A stretch of 64,000 nucleotides of DNA from Escherichia coli (GTDB lineage: Bacteria; Pseudomonadota; Gammaproteobacteria; Enterobacterales; Enterobacteriaceae). A model generated the notes under the pieces. The model searched no databases, was not told the origin of the DNA, and worked only from the letters and a program-made list of their open reading frames with translations. The position numbers were made by a program, and so were the translations under genes. Of the stretch, positions 39,700 to 50,552 are shown piece by piece (the stretch's first letter is position 1; each line of letters begins with the position of its first letter). The stretch lies in assembly GCF_003018255.1 (NCBI RefSeq), contig NZ_CP027440.1; one strand, given 5' to 3'.

Positions 39700-40458
39700 T
39701 CAATTCTGCAAAACCGATGACACCAGCAGTTGTGTATACGGATGGTGCGGGTCGTCGAGCACGCGGTCGGTTAACCCACTCTCCACCACTTTCCCTTGCT
39801 TCATTACCAGCAAACGGTCCGCCAGCAGACGGGCGACGCCTAAATCGTGGGTGACAATCACTACCGCCAGGTTAAGCTCCATCACCAGACCGCGGAGCAG
39901 GTCCAGCAGGCGCGCCTGTACCGACACATCCAGCCCGCCAGTGGGTTCATCCATAAACACCAGCTTCGGATGCGTCACCAGGTTGCGGGCAATCTGCAAA
40001 CGTTGCTGCATGCCGCCGGAAAAGGTGGTCGGCAGGTCGTCGATCCGGTTGGCGGGAATCTCCACCTCTTCCAGCCATTTCTGCGCGGTGGCGCGAATAT
40101 CGCCGTAATGACGCGCTCCGGTTGCCATCAACCGTTCGCCGATATTGCCGCCTGCCGACACCTGGCGGCGCAGGCCGTCAAGCGGATGCTGATGCACCAC
40201 ACCCCATTCGGTGCGCAGCAGGCGACGGCGGTCGGCCTCGCTCATCGCGTACAGCGAACGGTTCTCGTAGCGAATTTCCCCTTGCTGTGGTGTCAGGCGG
40301 GCGGAAATTGATTTCAGTAGCGTGGTCTTCCCGGAACCGGACTCCCCAACAATGCCCAGAACTTCTCCCGGCCATAAATCAAAAGAGACATCGCTAAAGC
40401 CTTTGCCCGGCGCGTAAAGGTGGGTCAGGTTATTGACCGAAAGTAACGGTTGATTCAT
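39700..40458 (-). CDS. phnK: C-P lyase ABC-ATPase-like subunit
   Basis: 252 codons from [11 protein letters not shown]; Walker [10 protein letters not shown]. Confidence 0.9.
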   Translation of the reverse strand: MNQPLLSVNNLTHLYAPGKGFSDVSFDLWPGEVLGIVGESGSGKTTLLKSISARLTPQQGEIRYENRSLYAMSEADRRRLLRTEWGVVHQHPLDGLRRQVSAGGNIGERLMATGARHYGDIRATAQKWLEEVEIPANRIDDLPTTFSGGMQQRLQIARNLVTHPKLVFMDEPTGGLDVSVQARLLDLLRGLVMELNLAVVIVTHDLGVARLLADRLLVMKQGKVVESGLTDRVLDDPHHPYTQLLVSSVLQN

Positions 40459-41300
40459 TGGTTTTTTGCCTCGCTCTGTTGGCGGCAATAATCGGTATCG
40501 GAGCAGACAAACATGCGGTTTCCGGCGTCATCCAGCACCACTTCATCAAGATAGCTGTGGGTCGATCCGCAGATGGCGCACGGCTCATTCCACTGCTGAA
40601 CGGTGAACGGGTGATCGTCGAAATCGAGGCTTTCCACGCGGGTAAACGGCGGCACCGCATAGATGCGCTTCTCGCGCCCCGCGCCGAACAGTTGCAGGGC
40701 GGGCATCATGTTCATTTTCGGGTTATCAAATTTCGGGATCGGCGACGGGTCCATTACGTAGCGCCCGTTTACCTTCACCGGATAGGCGTAGGTGGTGGCG
40801 ATATGACCGAAGCGGGCGATATCTTCATACAGCTTCACCTGCATCACGCCGTACTCCTCCAGCGCGTGCATGGTGCGGGTTTCCGTTTCGCGCGGCTCGA
40901 TAAAGCGCAGCGGTTCGGGGATCGGCACCTGGAAAATAATGATCTGATCTTCGGTCAGCGGCGTTTCGGGGATGCGGTGGCGCGTCTGGATAAGCGTCGC
41001 ATCGTCCGTACGTTCAGTGGTGTTTACCCCGGTCACGCGCTTAAAGAAGTTACGGATCGACACCGCGTTGGTGGTGTCGTCCGCGCCCTGGTCAATCACC
41101 TTCAGCACATCGCTTTCGCCAATCACGCTGGCGGTAAGCTGTATGCCGCCGGTTCCCCAGCCGTAGGGCATCGGCATCTCGCGCCCGCCAAACGGCACCT
41201 GATAACCGGGGATCGCCACCGCTTTTAAGATGGCGCGGCGGATCATGCGTTTGGTCTGCTCGTCGAGGTAGGCAAAGTTGTAGCCGCTCAGATTAGCCAT
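40455..41300 (-). CDS. phnJ: C-P lyase catalytic subunit (radical SAM-like)
   Basis: 281 codons from MANLSGYNF; C-terminal cysteine cluster CAICGS..CSDTDYC. Confidence 0.9.
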   Translation of the reverse strand: MANLSGYNFAYLDEQTKRMIRRAILKAVAIPGYQVPFGGREMPMPYGWGTGGIQLTASVIGESDVLKVIDQGADDTTNAVSIRNFFKRVTGVNTTERTDDATLIQTRHRIPETPLTEDQIIIFQVPIPEPLRFIEPRETETRTMHALEEYGVMQVKLYEDIARFGHIATTYAYPVKVNGRYVMDPSPIPKFDNPKMNMMPALQLFGAGREKRIYAVPPFTRVESLDFDDHPFTVQQWNEPCAICGSTHSYLDEVVLDDAGNRMFVCSDTDYCRQQSEAKNQ

Positions 41301-42357
41301 GGTTCTGCTCCTGTTGCAGACGTTTGAGTAGCTCCAGTTCGGCCTGGAAATCGACGTAGTGCGGGAGTTTAAGGTGCGAGACAAAGCCTGCGGCTTCGAC
41401 GTTGTCGGCATGCGCCAGCACGAACTCTTCATCCTGCGCCGGGCCTGTCGCGTGCTCGCCGTACTCCGGGGCTTGTAGAGCGCGGTCAACCAGCGCCATC
41501 GCCATCGCTTTGCGCTCGCTCATGCCGAACACCAGCCCGTAGCCGCGCGTGAAGTGCGGCGGCTCATCCGGCGGGTCGATAAAACCGTTGACCATTTCAC
41601 ATTCGGTCATCAGCAGTTCGCCGACGTTCACCGCAAATCCCAGCTCTTCCGGCACAATCGACACGTCGATATAGCCGCTGCGGATTTCGCCTGCGAACGG
41701 ATGATTGCGTCCGTAACCACGCTGGGTGGAGTAGGCCAGCGCCAGCAAATAGCCTTCGTCGCCGCGCATTAATTGTTGCAGGCGGGAGGAGCGTGAGCAG
41801 GGGTAAACCGGCGGCGTGCGGGTGATGTCGTCCGGCTGTGCGCCGCTATCTTCTTCAAACTTCGCCAGCCCCTGACGCGCCAGCAGGCTGAAAACGTGCG
41901 GCGACGGCTGTTGTTCGCTGTCGGCTGTGGTCAGCGTCGGCGCTTCGCCGTTTGCCAGCAGGGTGAAATCGAGCAGGCGATGGGTGTAGTCGTAGGTTGG
42001 GCCAAGCAGCTGGCCGCCGGGAATGTCTTTATAAACCGCCGAAATACGGCGTTCGAGCCGCATCTCCGTGGTGTCGAGCGGCTCGCTCACCGCCAGCTTT
42101 GCCAGCGTCGTGCGGTAGGCGCGCAACAGGAAAATCGCTTCAACGTTATCGCCGCTGGCCTGTTTCAGCGCCAGTGCCGCCAGCTCACGGTCGGCAATGC
42201 CGCCTTCGGTCATCACGCGATCTACCGCGAGGTTAAGCTGCTGTTCAATCTGGGCGACGCTCAGTTCGGGTAAATCGGTATCGCCCCGGCGTCGGCTCTC
42301 TTGCAGGGCGTGGGCGGCGTCGATCGCCTTCTCGCCCCCTTTCACGGCAACGTACAT
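41293..42357 (-). CDS. phnI: C-P lyase core complex subunit
   Basis: 354 codons from [13 protein letters not shown]. Confidence 0.9.
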   Translation of the reverse strand: MYVAVKGGEKAIDAAHALQESRRRGDTDLPELSVAQIEQQLNLAVDRVMTEGGIADRELAALALKQASGDNVEAIFLLRAYRTTLAKLAVSEPLDTTEMRLERRISAVYKDIPGGQLLGPTYDYTHRLLDFTLLANGEAPTLTTADSEQQPSPHVFSLLARQGLAKFEEDSGAQPDDITRTPPVYPCSRSSRLQQLMRGDEGYLLALAYSTQRGYGRNHPFAGEIRSGYIDVSIVPEELGFAVNVGELLMTECEMVNGFIDPPDEPPHFTRGYGLVFGMSERKAMAMALVDRALQAPEYGEHATGPAQDEEFVLAHADNVEAAGFVSHLKLPHYVDFQAELELLKRLQQEQNHG

Positions 42358-42941
42358 CAGCACACCTCCACATGAGTGGTTCGCGGGATAGCCAGCAGGC
42401 GCTCGCCGCAGGTCAGGATCAGGTCGATGCCGAGCGGGAACGGGTGCGGGCGCTCGGTAAGTTCGTGCAGAATGCACTCTGGCAGCTGCGGGGCGATCAT
42501 TCGTTCTTCGGCAATACCCGCGCCAGTAAGGCGCAGCATGCGCCCGCCGCTCAGGCTGACGACCTGTAAAATCAGCGTCGCGCCCGCTTCTGGCGCAACA
42601 GCGGTGCCGCTGGAAAGGGCGTTAAGCTGTTCGCTGGAAATCGCCTCATCCGTTACCGCGAAGGTCGCCAGTTCCGGCTGATTGACCAGCGGCGCGTTGG
42701 TATGAAAACGCAGGCTCTGGCTGACGATATCGTTACTTAATGGCGCAGAAAGCCACACCGGCGTGTCGTTATCGGCCAGCGTCAGCAGCACGCTGGTGGT
42801 GGCGATATTCAGCGGCTGCCAGCCGCGTTTGAGCTGATGCAGGGCGACAATCACGCCCGGCTCGCTCATGGCTTTTAACAGGCGACGAAAACTGTGCTGG
42901 GCATCCTGCACGGGAAGCATAAAAGCGGTTTCCAGGGTCAT
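42357..42941 (-). CDS. phnH: C-P lyase core complex subunit
   Basis: 194-aa ORF. Confidence 0.9.
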   Translation of the reverse strand: MTLETAFMLPVQDAQHSFRRLLKAMSEPGVIVALHQLKRGWQPLNIATTSVLLTLADNDTPVWLSAPLSNDIVSQSLRFHTNAPLVNQPELATFAVTDEAISSEQLNALSSGTAVAPEAGATLILQVVSLSGGRMLRLTGAGIAEERMIAPQLPECILHELTERPHPFPLGIDLILTCGERLLAIPRTTHVEVC

Positions 42942-43390
42942 GCGTTATCTCCGCGAACCATCGTAAAGAAGTCGACCCGGCTGGCGTTTACTTCGGCCTG
43001 GCGTGCGGCAATGCGTGCCATACGGTCAGCGTTCAGCGGGGCAATAAGAGTTTCTGATAAGTTTTGAAAATGGCGGGTTTGCTGCATCAGCGCGTCAATC
43101 AGCGCGCAGCGTTCGGCGTGCTGTTTGTCGCGCCCCAGCACCCAGCTGTAGCCGAGCGTGCCGTCAGTCAGGCGTACGGCGGCGCGGGTGAGCGTGGCGT
43201 CGCCAGCAAAAAAGCGTTCGCCGGTGCCACCCATCCGCGCCTGAATCTGCACCAGGCCGGTTTCAGCGGCGCGGATTACTTCATAGTCGGCAGTGATGTT
43301 CAGCGCCTTCAGGCGGGCTGCCAGTTCAGCCGGTTGGCTGTGTGCCAGTATGGACATCCAGTGCTGGCGGGTCGCGGTATCTGCGTGCAT
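42938..43390 (-). CDS. phnG: C-P lyase core complex subunit
   Basis: 150-aa ORF. Confidence 0.9.
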   Translation of the reverse strand: MHADTATRQHWMSILAHSQPAELAARLKALNITADYEVIRAAETGLVQIQARMGGTGERFFAGDATLTRAAVRLTDGTLGYSWVLGRDKQHAERCALIDALMQQTRHFQNLSETLIAPLNADRMARIAARQAEVNASRVDFFTMVRGDNA

Positions 43391-44116
43391 TCAGTGCTCC
43401 ATAGTGAATTCAATCATGTCGGCGCGCGTCAGGCTGACGGAGTACTCCGCCGGGCTGCTTTCACCGTCACGGTGGTTAAGGGTGCGCACGCACAGCAGCG
43501 GCGACATATTCGGGATTTCAAGACGCTGGCACTCTTTGGCCTGGGCGCGGCGGGCGCTGATCCGCGTCTGGCTGCGGCGCAGCGCAATCCCCGTTTGCTC
43601 GCGCAGAAAATCGTGCAGCGAGCCGCTGTCGAAGCGTTGCAGCGTCGGCCAGAGGGTGAGGTCCGCAAAGTAGTGGTCGATTAAACAGAGCGCGACGCCG
43701 TTGACCCGGCGCAGGGTGCGCAGGTGGATAACGTTCTCGCCCTCGGTTATCCCCAGCGCGTCAGCGACGTGACCGGAGGCCGGGCGCAGCACAGACAGCA
43801 GTTTTTCGCTGGTGGGATGGCTGCCCTGATCCAGCAGGTTCTGGCTAAAACGCGCCTGGGCGTTGAGCGGGTAATCGAACGGGCGCATCAGCACCAGCAC
43901 GCCGACGCCCTGACGGCGCTGTACCCAGCCTTTTTCCACCAGTTGGTCGATGGCGCGGCGCAGGGTGTGGCGGTTCACCTCAAAGCGCGCCGCCAGTTGC
44001 TGCTCGGCGGGAAGATAGTCGCCGCAGCGGTAGTGTTGACGAAGCTCCTGCTCAAGTTTTGCGGCTATCTCCTGATAGCGTGTTGGGTAGCTGGTCGGAT
44101 GTGTAGACAAGTGCAT
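43391..44116 (-). CDS. phnF: GntR-family repressor of the phn operon
   Basis: ~241-aa ORF with N-terminal HTH and UTRA-type C-terminus. Confidence 0.88.
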   Translation of the reverse strand: MHLSTHPTSYPTRYQEIAAKLEQELRQHYRCGDYLPAEQQLAARFEVNRHTLRRAIDQLVEKGWVQRRQGVGVLVLMRPFDYPLNAQARFSQNLLDQGSHPTSEKLLSVLRPASGHVADALGITEGENVIHLRTLRRVNGVALCLIDHYFADLTLWPTLQRFDSGSLHDFLREQTGIALRRSQTRISARRAQAKECQRLEIPNMSPLLCVRTLNHRDGESSPAEYSVSLTRADMIEFTMEH

Positions 44117-44136
44117 AGATATCAATGCCTCGCTTA

Positions 44137-44916
44137 TCAGATAAAGTGCTTACGCAACCGTTGAGAGAGGAAATCCAGCAGGCTGACCGTGACGATAATC
44201 AGCACCATCAGGGCGCAGGTTTGCTGGAACTGGAAACCGCGAATCGCTTCCCACAGGGTGACGCCGATCCCGCCCGCGCCGACCATGCCAACAACGGTGG
44301 CCGAACGGACGTTGGATTCGAAGCGATAGAGGGAGTAGGAGATCAGCAGCGGCATCACCTGCGGCAGCACGCCGTAGAGGATCTCTTCGAGCTTGTTGGC
44401 ACCAGTGGCGCGAATACCTTCCACCGGGCCGGGTTCAATTGCTTCTACCGCTTCGGAAAGCAGTTTGGAGAGCACGCCGGTGGTGTGGATAAACAGCGCC
44501 AGTACGCCAGCGAACGGACCGAGACCGACGGCGACCACGAACAGCATGGCGAAGACCATCTCGTTAATGGCGCGGCAGGCGTCCATCAGGCGGCGAACGG
44601 GCTGATACACCCACCACGGCACCAGGTTTTCAGCGCTCATCAGGCCGAAGGGGATGGAGAGAACGACTGCCAGCGCGGTGCCCCAGACGGCGATTTGCAG
44701 CGTGACGGCCATTTCGGTGAGGTAATCCTGCCATTGGCTGAAATCGGGCGGGAAGAAGTCGGCGGCGAAGGTTGCCATGTTGCCGCCGTCTTTGATCAGC
44801 GTAAGCGGGGCCATTTCCGCGCCCTGCCACGAGACGACCAACACGGCGAGAACAATGGCCCAGCTCAGAAGCGAGAACCAGCTGCGCTTGGGTGGGGCGA
44901 TGGTGATGGTTTGCAT
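44137..44916 (-). CDS. phnE: Phosphonate ABC transporter permease (intact allele)
   Basis: Single continuous ORF (259 aa from MQTITIAPP; 280 aa from an upstream in-frame start), with no frameshift. Confidence 0.85.
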   Translation of the reverse strand: MQTITIAPPKRSWFSLLSWAIVLAVLVVSWQGAEMAPLTLIKDGGNMATFAADFFPPDFSQWQDYLTEMAVTLQIAVWGTALAVVLSIPFGLMSAENLVPWWVYQPVRRLMDACRAINEMVFAMLFVVAVGLGPFAGVLALFIHTTGVLSKLLSEAVEAIEPGPVEGIRATGANKLEEILYGVLPQVMPLLISYSLYRFESNVRSATVVGMVGAGGIGVTLWEAIRGFQFQQTCALMVLIIVTVSLLDFLSQRLRKHFI

Positions 44917-44931
44917 GTTTGGCTCCGGTCT

Positions 44932-45018
44932 GTAGGCCGGATAAGGTGCTTGCACCGCATCCGGCATCAACGTCTGCACATTGTCGGATGCGACGCCGGG
45001 GCGTCTTATCCGACCTAC
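44932..45018. repeat. REP pair inside the phn operon (phnD-phnE spacer)
   Basis: GTAGGCCGGATAAGGTGCTTGCACCGCATCCGGCA and GTCGGATGCGACGCCGGGGCGTCTTATCCGACCTAC. Confidence 0.8.
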
Positions 45019-45021
45019 GAT

Positions 45022-46038
45022 TTACTGCACCGCTTTACTCACCGAACTCATCGCGCTTAACGCGTTGTTCAGGCGGTCCAGGTCATCCAGTTGCGCCTGA
45101 ATGGCGCTGGTTTTTGCCAGCTTGTCCTGCTCATTCAGCCCTTTATTGCCTTTCACGCCCTGCATCTCTTTAAACAGCGCGAGCTGGCGAATCGGCACCA
45201 GTTGCAGGTCGCTGGAGGCGCGGAACGGGGCCCAGCCCAGGCGTTCCAGCACCGCTTTCTCTTCCGGCGTTTTGCCGTAGTTCATAAAGAAGTCGTAGAT
45301 CTTGTCTTTGGTGGTTTCGGACAGATTTTTGCGCCAGACGATCGGATCGCCTGGGATCAGCGGCGATTTCCAGATCACCTTCAGTTCTTTGAGCTTCTCC
45401 GGTGCGGAGGTTTTCAGCTTGTCGAGGTTTTCGGTGTTGTTGGTCGCCACATCCACCTGTTTGTTGGCGACGGCCAGCGCGTTGGTTTCATGCCCGGCGT
45501 TGACGGTGCGCTTGAAGTCGCTGGCGGAGATATTGTTTTTGGCGAAGACGTAGTAGCCGGGGACGAGGAAGCCAGAGGTGGAGTTAGGATCGCCATTGCC
45601 AAAGGTGAGATCTTTACGCTTCGCCAGCAGATCGTTCAGGTTGTTGATCGGACTGTCTTTGTTGACGATCAACACGCTCCAGTAACCTGGCGATCCATCC
45701 GCCGCGACCGTCTGGGCGAAGACCTGACCGTTGGCGCGATCCACCGCTTCCATCGCCGACAGATTGCCGTACCAGGCGATATCCACTTTGTTGAAGCGCA
45801 TTCCCTGGATAATGCCCGCGTAGTCCGGGGCAAAGAAGGCGTTGACCTTTACGCCCAGCTTCTTCTCCATATCCTGTAAGAACGGCGTCCATTGCGGTTT
45901 CAGGTTTTGCTGTGATTCCGTTGAAATAATGCCGAAATTCAGCGCCTTTTCCTGCTCTTCGGCGTGCGCCGGGCTTAACAGGGTGCTGAGGCTGAACATG
46001 CTGGTGAAGGCCAGCGAGGCAATTATCTTAGCGTTCAT
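45022..46038 (-). CDS. phnD: Periplasmic phosphonate-binding protein
   Basis: 338-aa ORF with signal peptide. Confidence 0.9.
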   Translation of the reverse strand: MNAKIIASLAFTSMFSLSTLLSPAHAEEQEKALNFGIISTESQQNLKPQWTPFLQDMEKKLGVKVNAFFAPDYAGIIQGMRFNKVDIAWYGNLSAMEAVDRANGQVFAQTVAADGSPGYWSVLIVNKDSPINNLNDLLAKRKDLTFGNGDPNSTSGFLVPGYYVFAKNNISASDFKRTVNAGHETNALAVANKQVDVATNNTENLDKLKTSAPEKLKELKVIWKSPLIPGDPIVWRKNLSETTKDKIYDFFMNYGKTPEEKAVLERLGWAPFRASSDLQLVPIRQLALFKEMQGVKGNKGLNEQDKLAKTSAIQAQLDDLDRLNNALSAMSSVSKAVQ

Positions 46039-46062
46039 TCGTTTTCCTCAATGATGGGGATG

Positions 46063-46851
46063 TCAGGCAGCTTTCGCGTTCTCTTCAATGCGATTAATGC
46101 TGCGGTAGAGATGGTCAAAACGTTCGTTATCAAACAGTTGGCTGCTGCCGTCGTAAAAGACGTGCCCCTGACGCAGGGCGACGATGCGTTCGCAGTAGCG
46201 CAGGGCGTAATCCACCTGATGTAGCGTGACGACCACGGTGATGCCGTCGTTCTGGTTGATGTCGCGCAGGGTGTCCATCACGATGCGCGCCGATTCCGGG
46301 TCCAGCGAGGCGATGGGTTCGTCCGCCAGAATCACCTTCGCCTGCTGCATCAGCGCGCGGGCAATCGCCACACGCTGTTGCTGTCCGCCGGAGAGGGTGG
46401 AAACGCGCTGATGGGCAAAGTGCACCATGCCAACGCGGGTCAGCGCCTGTAACGCGCGCTGTTTCTGCTCGCGGGTGAAGTAGCTAAAACAGGTGCGCCA
46501 GAATGGCGTGCTGCCGAGCGCGCCAATCAGCACGTTCTCCAGTACGCTCAGGCGATTCACCAGGTTGAATTGTTGGAAGATGTAGCCGGTATTGGCGCGG
46601 CTTTTGCGGATATCGCGGGCCAGGCGGCCTTCGCGCTGGACTGTGCGGCCCAGCAGCTCGATATGGCTACCGGCAGATTTATCGCCGGTAATCAAACCGC
46701 TTAAGTGACGTAAAAGGGTGGATTTGCCGGAACCCGACGGCCCAAGCAGAGCCACCATTTCACCGTGATGAATGTTCAGATCAACCGCGTGCAGCGCCTG
46801 ATGCTGATTGAAGGTTTTGGCGAGCTTCTCGACACGGATAATCGTTTGCAT
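46063..46851 (-). CDS. phnC: Phosphonate ABC transporter ATPase
   Basis: 262-aa ORF with Walker [10 protein letters not shown] and LSGGQQQR signature. Confidence 0.92.
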   Translation of the reverse strand: MQTIIRVEKLAKTFNQHQALHAVDLNIHHGEMVALLGPSGSGKSTLLRHLSGLITGDKSAGSHIELLGRTVQREGRLARDIRKSRANTGYIFQQFNLVNRLSVLENVLIGALGSTPFWRTCFSYFTREQKQRALQALTRVGMVHFAHQRVSTLSGGQQQRVAIARALMQQAKVILADEPIASLDPESARIVMDTLRDINQNDGITVVVTLHQVDYALRYCERIVALRQGHVFYDGSSQLFDNERFDHLYRSINRIEENAKAA

Positions 46852-46889
46852 GATGCAGCCTCCCTAAAAAAGTGGCTCCATCGTGGCGG

Positions 46890-46930
46890 ATTATTGTGAC
46901 GATTTTGTTAACTAAAAGTGACTAACGGAT
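46890..46930 (-). promoter_or_regulatory. Pho box (PhoB site) of the phnC promoter
   Basis: Minus-strand CGTTAGTCACTTTTAGTTAACAAAATCGTCACAAT, ~45-80 bp upstream of phnC; resembles the CTGTCAT-type pho box. Confidence 0.55.
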
Positions 46931-46983
46931 GAAGAGTTAACGAGATTTCGATGACAGTGCGGGAGGGCGGCCCTCCCGGCGGG

Positions 46984-47427
46984 TTAGTGCGTTGGTTGTT
47001 GTTTGACGACATTAATCATCCACGGTACGCCAAATTTATCGGTGACTTTGCCGAAGCCATGCGCCCAGAAAGTTTCCTGCCAGGCCATTTCGATTTTTCC
47101 GTTAGCTGCAAGGTTATCAAACCAGCGTTTTCCTTCTTCGACCTGTTGCGAATCGAGCACTAGCGTAAAGCCGGAGTAGCTGGCTTTTCCTGACGGTATA
47201 GCATCGCTCATCATGATGTCGCTTCCTGCAATGCGCACGTTGGCATGAGCGATGGCGGTATCGGGAAATTGCATTCCGGAAGGGCAGTTCTCGGCGCTGT
47301 CCTGCGCTGATTTCGGCATTTCGCCGAAGCTGATTTTATAGAGCAGTTCCGCGCCCAACGTACGTTGATAATAGGCAATCGCGTCGGAACAGTTACCGGC
47401 AAAAGAGAGGTAGGGACTTAACGGCAT
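46984..47427 (-). CDS. yjdN: VOC/glyoxalase-like protein
   Basis: 147-aa ORF; position matches yjdN (phnB). Confidence 0.8.
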   Translation of the reverse strand: MPLSPYLSFAGNCSDAIAYYQRTLGAELLYKISFGEMPKSAQDSAENCPSGMQFPDTAIAHANVRIAGSDIMMSDAIPSGKASYSGFTLVLDSQQVEEGKRWFDNLAANGKIEMAWQETFWAHGFGKVTDKFGVPWMINVVKQQPTH

Positions 47428-47471
47428 GATGGTGACCTCAGTTAAGAGAAGCCCGTTAAGTGTAGTTCGAA

Positions 47472-47580
<109 letters not shown>

Positions 47581-47586
47581 ATACAA

Positions 47587-47922
47587 TCAGTTCTTTTTCA
47601 CAAACTCAGACTTCAGTTTCATCGGACCAAAACCGTCGATTTTGCAATCGATGTTATGGTCGCCTTCAACCAGGCGGATGTTTTTCACTTTGGTGCCAAT
47701 TTTCAGCATCGAAGAGCTACCTTTCACTTTCAGATCTTTAATGATGGTAACGCTGTCGCCGTCAGCCAGCAGATTGCCGTTAGCATCTTTAACGATCAGC
47801 TCGTCGCTTTCCTGTGCAGGTTCTGCGTCGTTCCATTCGTAGGCACATTCCGGGCAGATGTACATGCCGTTATCTTCGTAGGTGTATTCGGAGTTGCATT
47901 TTGGGCAGTGTGGTAATGACAT
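47587..47922 (-). CDS. yjdM: Zinc-ribbon protein PhnA/YjdM
   Basis: 111 codons from [21 protein letters not shown] zinc ribbon. Confidence 0.85.
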
Positions 47923-48323
47923 GTGGATTTCCTCAAAAGTCAGCAGGGCAAAAGCGCCAAAAAACGGCAGATTGCCGAAAAAGGCCGCAATTATACACAA
48001 AATCCCTGAGTTTGTCGGGGGTACTGCTGATTTTAGACGACGATCGTTTTCATTTGAAAGGAAACGCAAAAAGAAAATAATCTTTTTGCCTCCATTTATT
48101 ATTTAAGATAAGGTTAATGCTCTACTCGTTCTTTTTTTAATTCACATGATGTTTTTATCTTTCTGACGTTTTAAACGTATTGGAAGATGTTATTTGTTCT
48201 AATAAAAAACAACACGCTAAATATAAAATTATTTCCTGCAGTAATTATAAAAGCCGAAAACAGAACTCAAAAACAATCTGGCTAAATAAAAGTAATAAAA
48301 TTTGCTTTAAGGAAGAATATTCT

Positions 48324-50552
48324 ATGTATACACAGACCCTGTATGAGTTAAGTCAGGAGGCTGAACGCCTGTTACAGCTTTCTCGCCAACAGTTGCAGTT
48401 ACTGGAAAAAATACCTCTCTCTGTACCCGGAGACGATACGCCACAACTGGCTTTACCCTGGAGTCAGCCTAATATCGCCGAACGTCACGCGATGCTGAAT
48501 AATGAGTTGCGTAAAATTTCCCGGCTGGAAATGGTGCTGGCGATTGTCGGTACCATGAAAGCAGGGAAATCAACCACCATTAATGCCATTGTTGGTACGG
48601 AGGTTCTGCCTAATCGTAATCGCCCAATGACTGCGCTGCCAACGCTTATTCGCCATACGCCCGGGCAAAAAGAACCGGTACTGCATTTTTCACATGTCGC
48701 GCCAATCGACCATTTAATTCAACAATTACAACAGCGCCTGCGTGATTGCGATATTAAGCATCTGACCGATGTGCTGGAAATAGATAAAGATATGCGTGCG
48801 CTTATGCAGCGGATTGAAAATGGCATCGCTTTCGAAAAATATTATCTGGGTGCTCAACCTATTTTTCATTGTCTGAAAAGTTTGAATGATTTGGTGCGAC
48901 TGGCGAAGGCGCTGGACGTCGATTTTCCTTTTTCTGCTTACGCCGCCATTGAGCATATTCCCGTGATTGAAGTGGAGTTTGTCCATCTGGCGGGGCTGGA
49001 GAGTTATCCCGGTCAGTTGACGTTACTGGATACCCCCGGGCCAAATGAAGCCGGGCAACCGCATCTGCAAAAAATGCTTAACCAGCAGCTGGCACGCGCC
49101 TCGGCGGTACTGGCGGTGCTGGATTATACGCAACTGAAATCGATCTCCGATGAAGAGGTCCGTGAGGCAATTTTGGCGGTGGGGCAATCGGTGCCGTTGT
49201 ATGTGCTGGTCAATAAGTTCGATCAACAGGATCGTAACAGTGACGACGCCGACCAGGTGCGGGCACTGATTTCCGGGACGCTGATGAAAGGTTGTATTAC
49301 GCCACAGCAGATATTTCCGGTGTCGTCGATGTGGGGCTACCTGGCGAATCGGGTGCGCCATGAGTTAGCCAACAACGGTAAGTTACCACCGCCAGAGCAA
49401 CAACGCTGGGTGGAAGATTTTGCCCATGCCGCGCTCGGCAGGCGCTGGCGTCATGCCGATCTGGCGGACCTCGAACATATTCGTCATGCTGCCGATCAGT
49501 TGTGGGAAGATTCGCTGTTCGCCCAGCCAATTCAGGCGTTGCTTCATGCCGCTTACGCTAACGCCTCGTTGTATGCTCTGCGATCTGCCGCGCATAAACT
49601 GTTGAATTACGCGCAGCAGGCGCGGGAATACCTGGATTTTCGTGCGCACGGGTTAAACGTCGCTTGTGAACAATTGCGGCAAAATATCCATCAGATCGAA
49701 GAAAGTTTGCAGCTATTGCAACTCAATCAGGCGCAGGTGAGCGGCGAGATTAAACATGAAATCGAGCTGGCCCTGACCTCCGCCAACCACTTTCTGCGTC
49801 AACAGCAAGATGCGCTGAATGCGCAGTTAGCCGCCTTGTTTCAGGATGATTCAGGGTCATTAAGCGAGATTCGTACCTGCTGTGAGACACTGTTACAGAT
49901 GGCGCAGAACACCATTAGTCGCGACTTTACGCTGCGTTTTGCCGAGCTGGAATCCACCCTTTGCCGGGTGTTAACCGATGTTATTCGCCCCATTGAGCAA
50001 CAAATCAAAATGGAATTGAGCGAGTCAGGGTTTCGTCCTGGGTTTCATTTTCCTGTTTTTCACGGCGTAGTTCCCCACTTCAACACTCGCCAGCTGTTCA
50101 GTGAAGTCATTTCGCGCCAGGACGCAATGGACGAGCAGAGCACGCGTTTAGGCGTTGTGCGTGAGACTTTTTCGCGCTGGTTGAATCAGCCCGACTGGGG
50201 ACGGGGAAATGAGAAATCCCCGATAGAGACGGTTGATTACAGTGCGTTGCAACGAGCATTAAGCGCAGAAGTCGATCTTTATTGCCAACAAATGGCTAAA
50301 GTTCTGGCAGAGCAGGTCGATGAATCTGTTACGGCAGGCATGAATACTTTTTTCGCTGAGTTCGCTTCATGTTTGACGGAATTACAGACGCGTTTACGCG
50401 AAAGTCTGGCTCTGCGTCAACAAAATGAATCGGTGGTCAGGCTGATGCAGCAGCAATTGCAGCAGACTGTGATGACTCATGGCTGGATTTACACCGACGC
50501 TCAGCTGTTACGCGATGATATTCAAACACTTTTCACGGCAGAACGATATTGA
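48324..50552 (+). CDS. crfC: Dynamin-like large GTPase
   Basis: 742 codons from MYTQTLYELS with RBS AAGGAAG upstream; P-loop GTMKAGKST near N-terminus; long helical C-terminal region. Confidence 0.85.
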   Translation: MYTQTLYELSQEAERLLQLSRQQLQLLEKIPLSVPGDDTPQLALPWSQPNIAERHAMLNNELRKISRLEMVLAIVGTMKAGKSTTINAIVGTEVLPNRNRPMTALPTLIRHTPGQKEPVLHFSHVAPIDHLIQQLQQRLRDCDIKHLTDVLEIDKDMRALMQRIENGIAFEKYYLGAQPIFHCLKSLNDLVRLAKALDVDFPFSAYAAIEHIPVIEVEFVHLAGLESYPGQLTLLDTPGPNEAGQPHLQKMLNQQLARASAVLAVLDYTQLKSISDEEVREAILAVGQSVPLYVLVNKFDQQDRNSDDADQVRALISGTLMKGCITPQQIFPVSSMWGYLANRVRHELANNGKLPPPEQQRWVEDFAHAALGRRWRHADLADLEHIRHAADQLWEDSLFAQPIQALLHAAYANASLYALRSAAHKLLNYAQQAREYLDFRAHGLNVACEQLRQNIHQIEESLQLLQLNQAQVSGEIKHEIELALTSANHFLRQQQDALNAQLAALFQDDSGSLSEIRTCCETLLQMAQNTISRDFTLRFAELESTLCRVLTDVIRPIEQQIKMELSESGFRPGFHFPVFHGVVPHFNTRQLFSEVISRQDAMDEQSTRLGVVRETFSRWLNQPDWGRGNEKSPIETVDYSALQRALSAEVDLYCQQMAKVLAEQVDESVTAGMNTFFAEFASCLTELQTRLRESLALRQQNESVVRLMQQQLQQTVMTHGWIYTDAQLLRDDIQTLFTAERY

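Noticed and set aside
46950-46975. GC-rich hairpin GGGAGGGCGGCCCTCCC downstream of yjdN
   Set aside because: It lacks a following U-tract and overlaps the phnC promoter region; I could not assign it a role.
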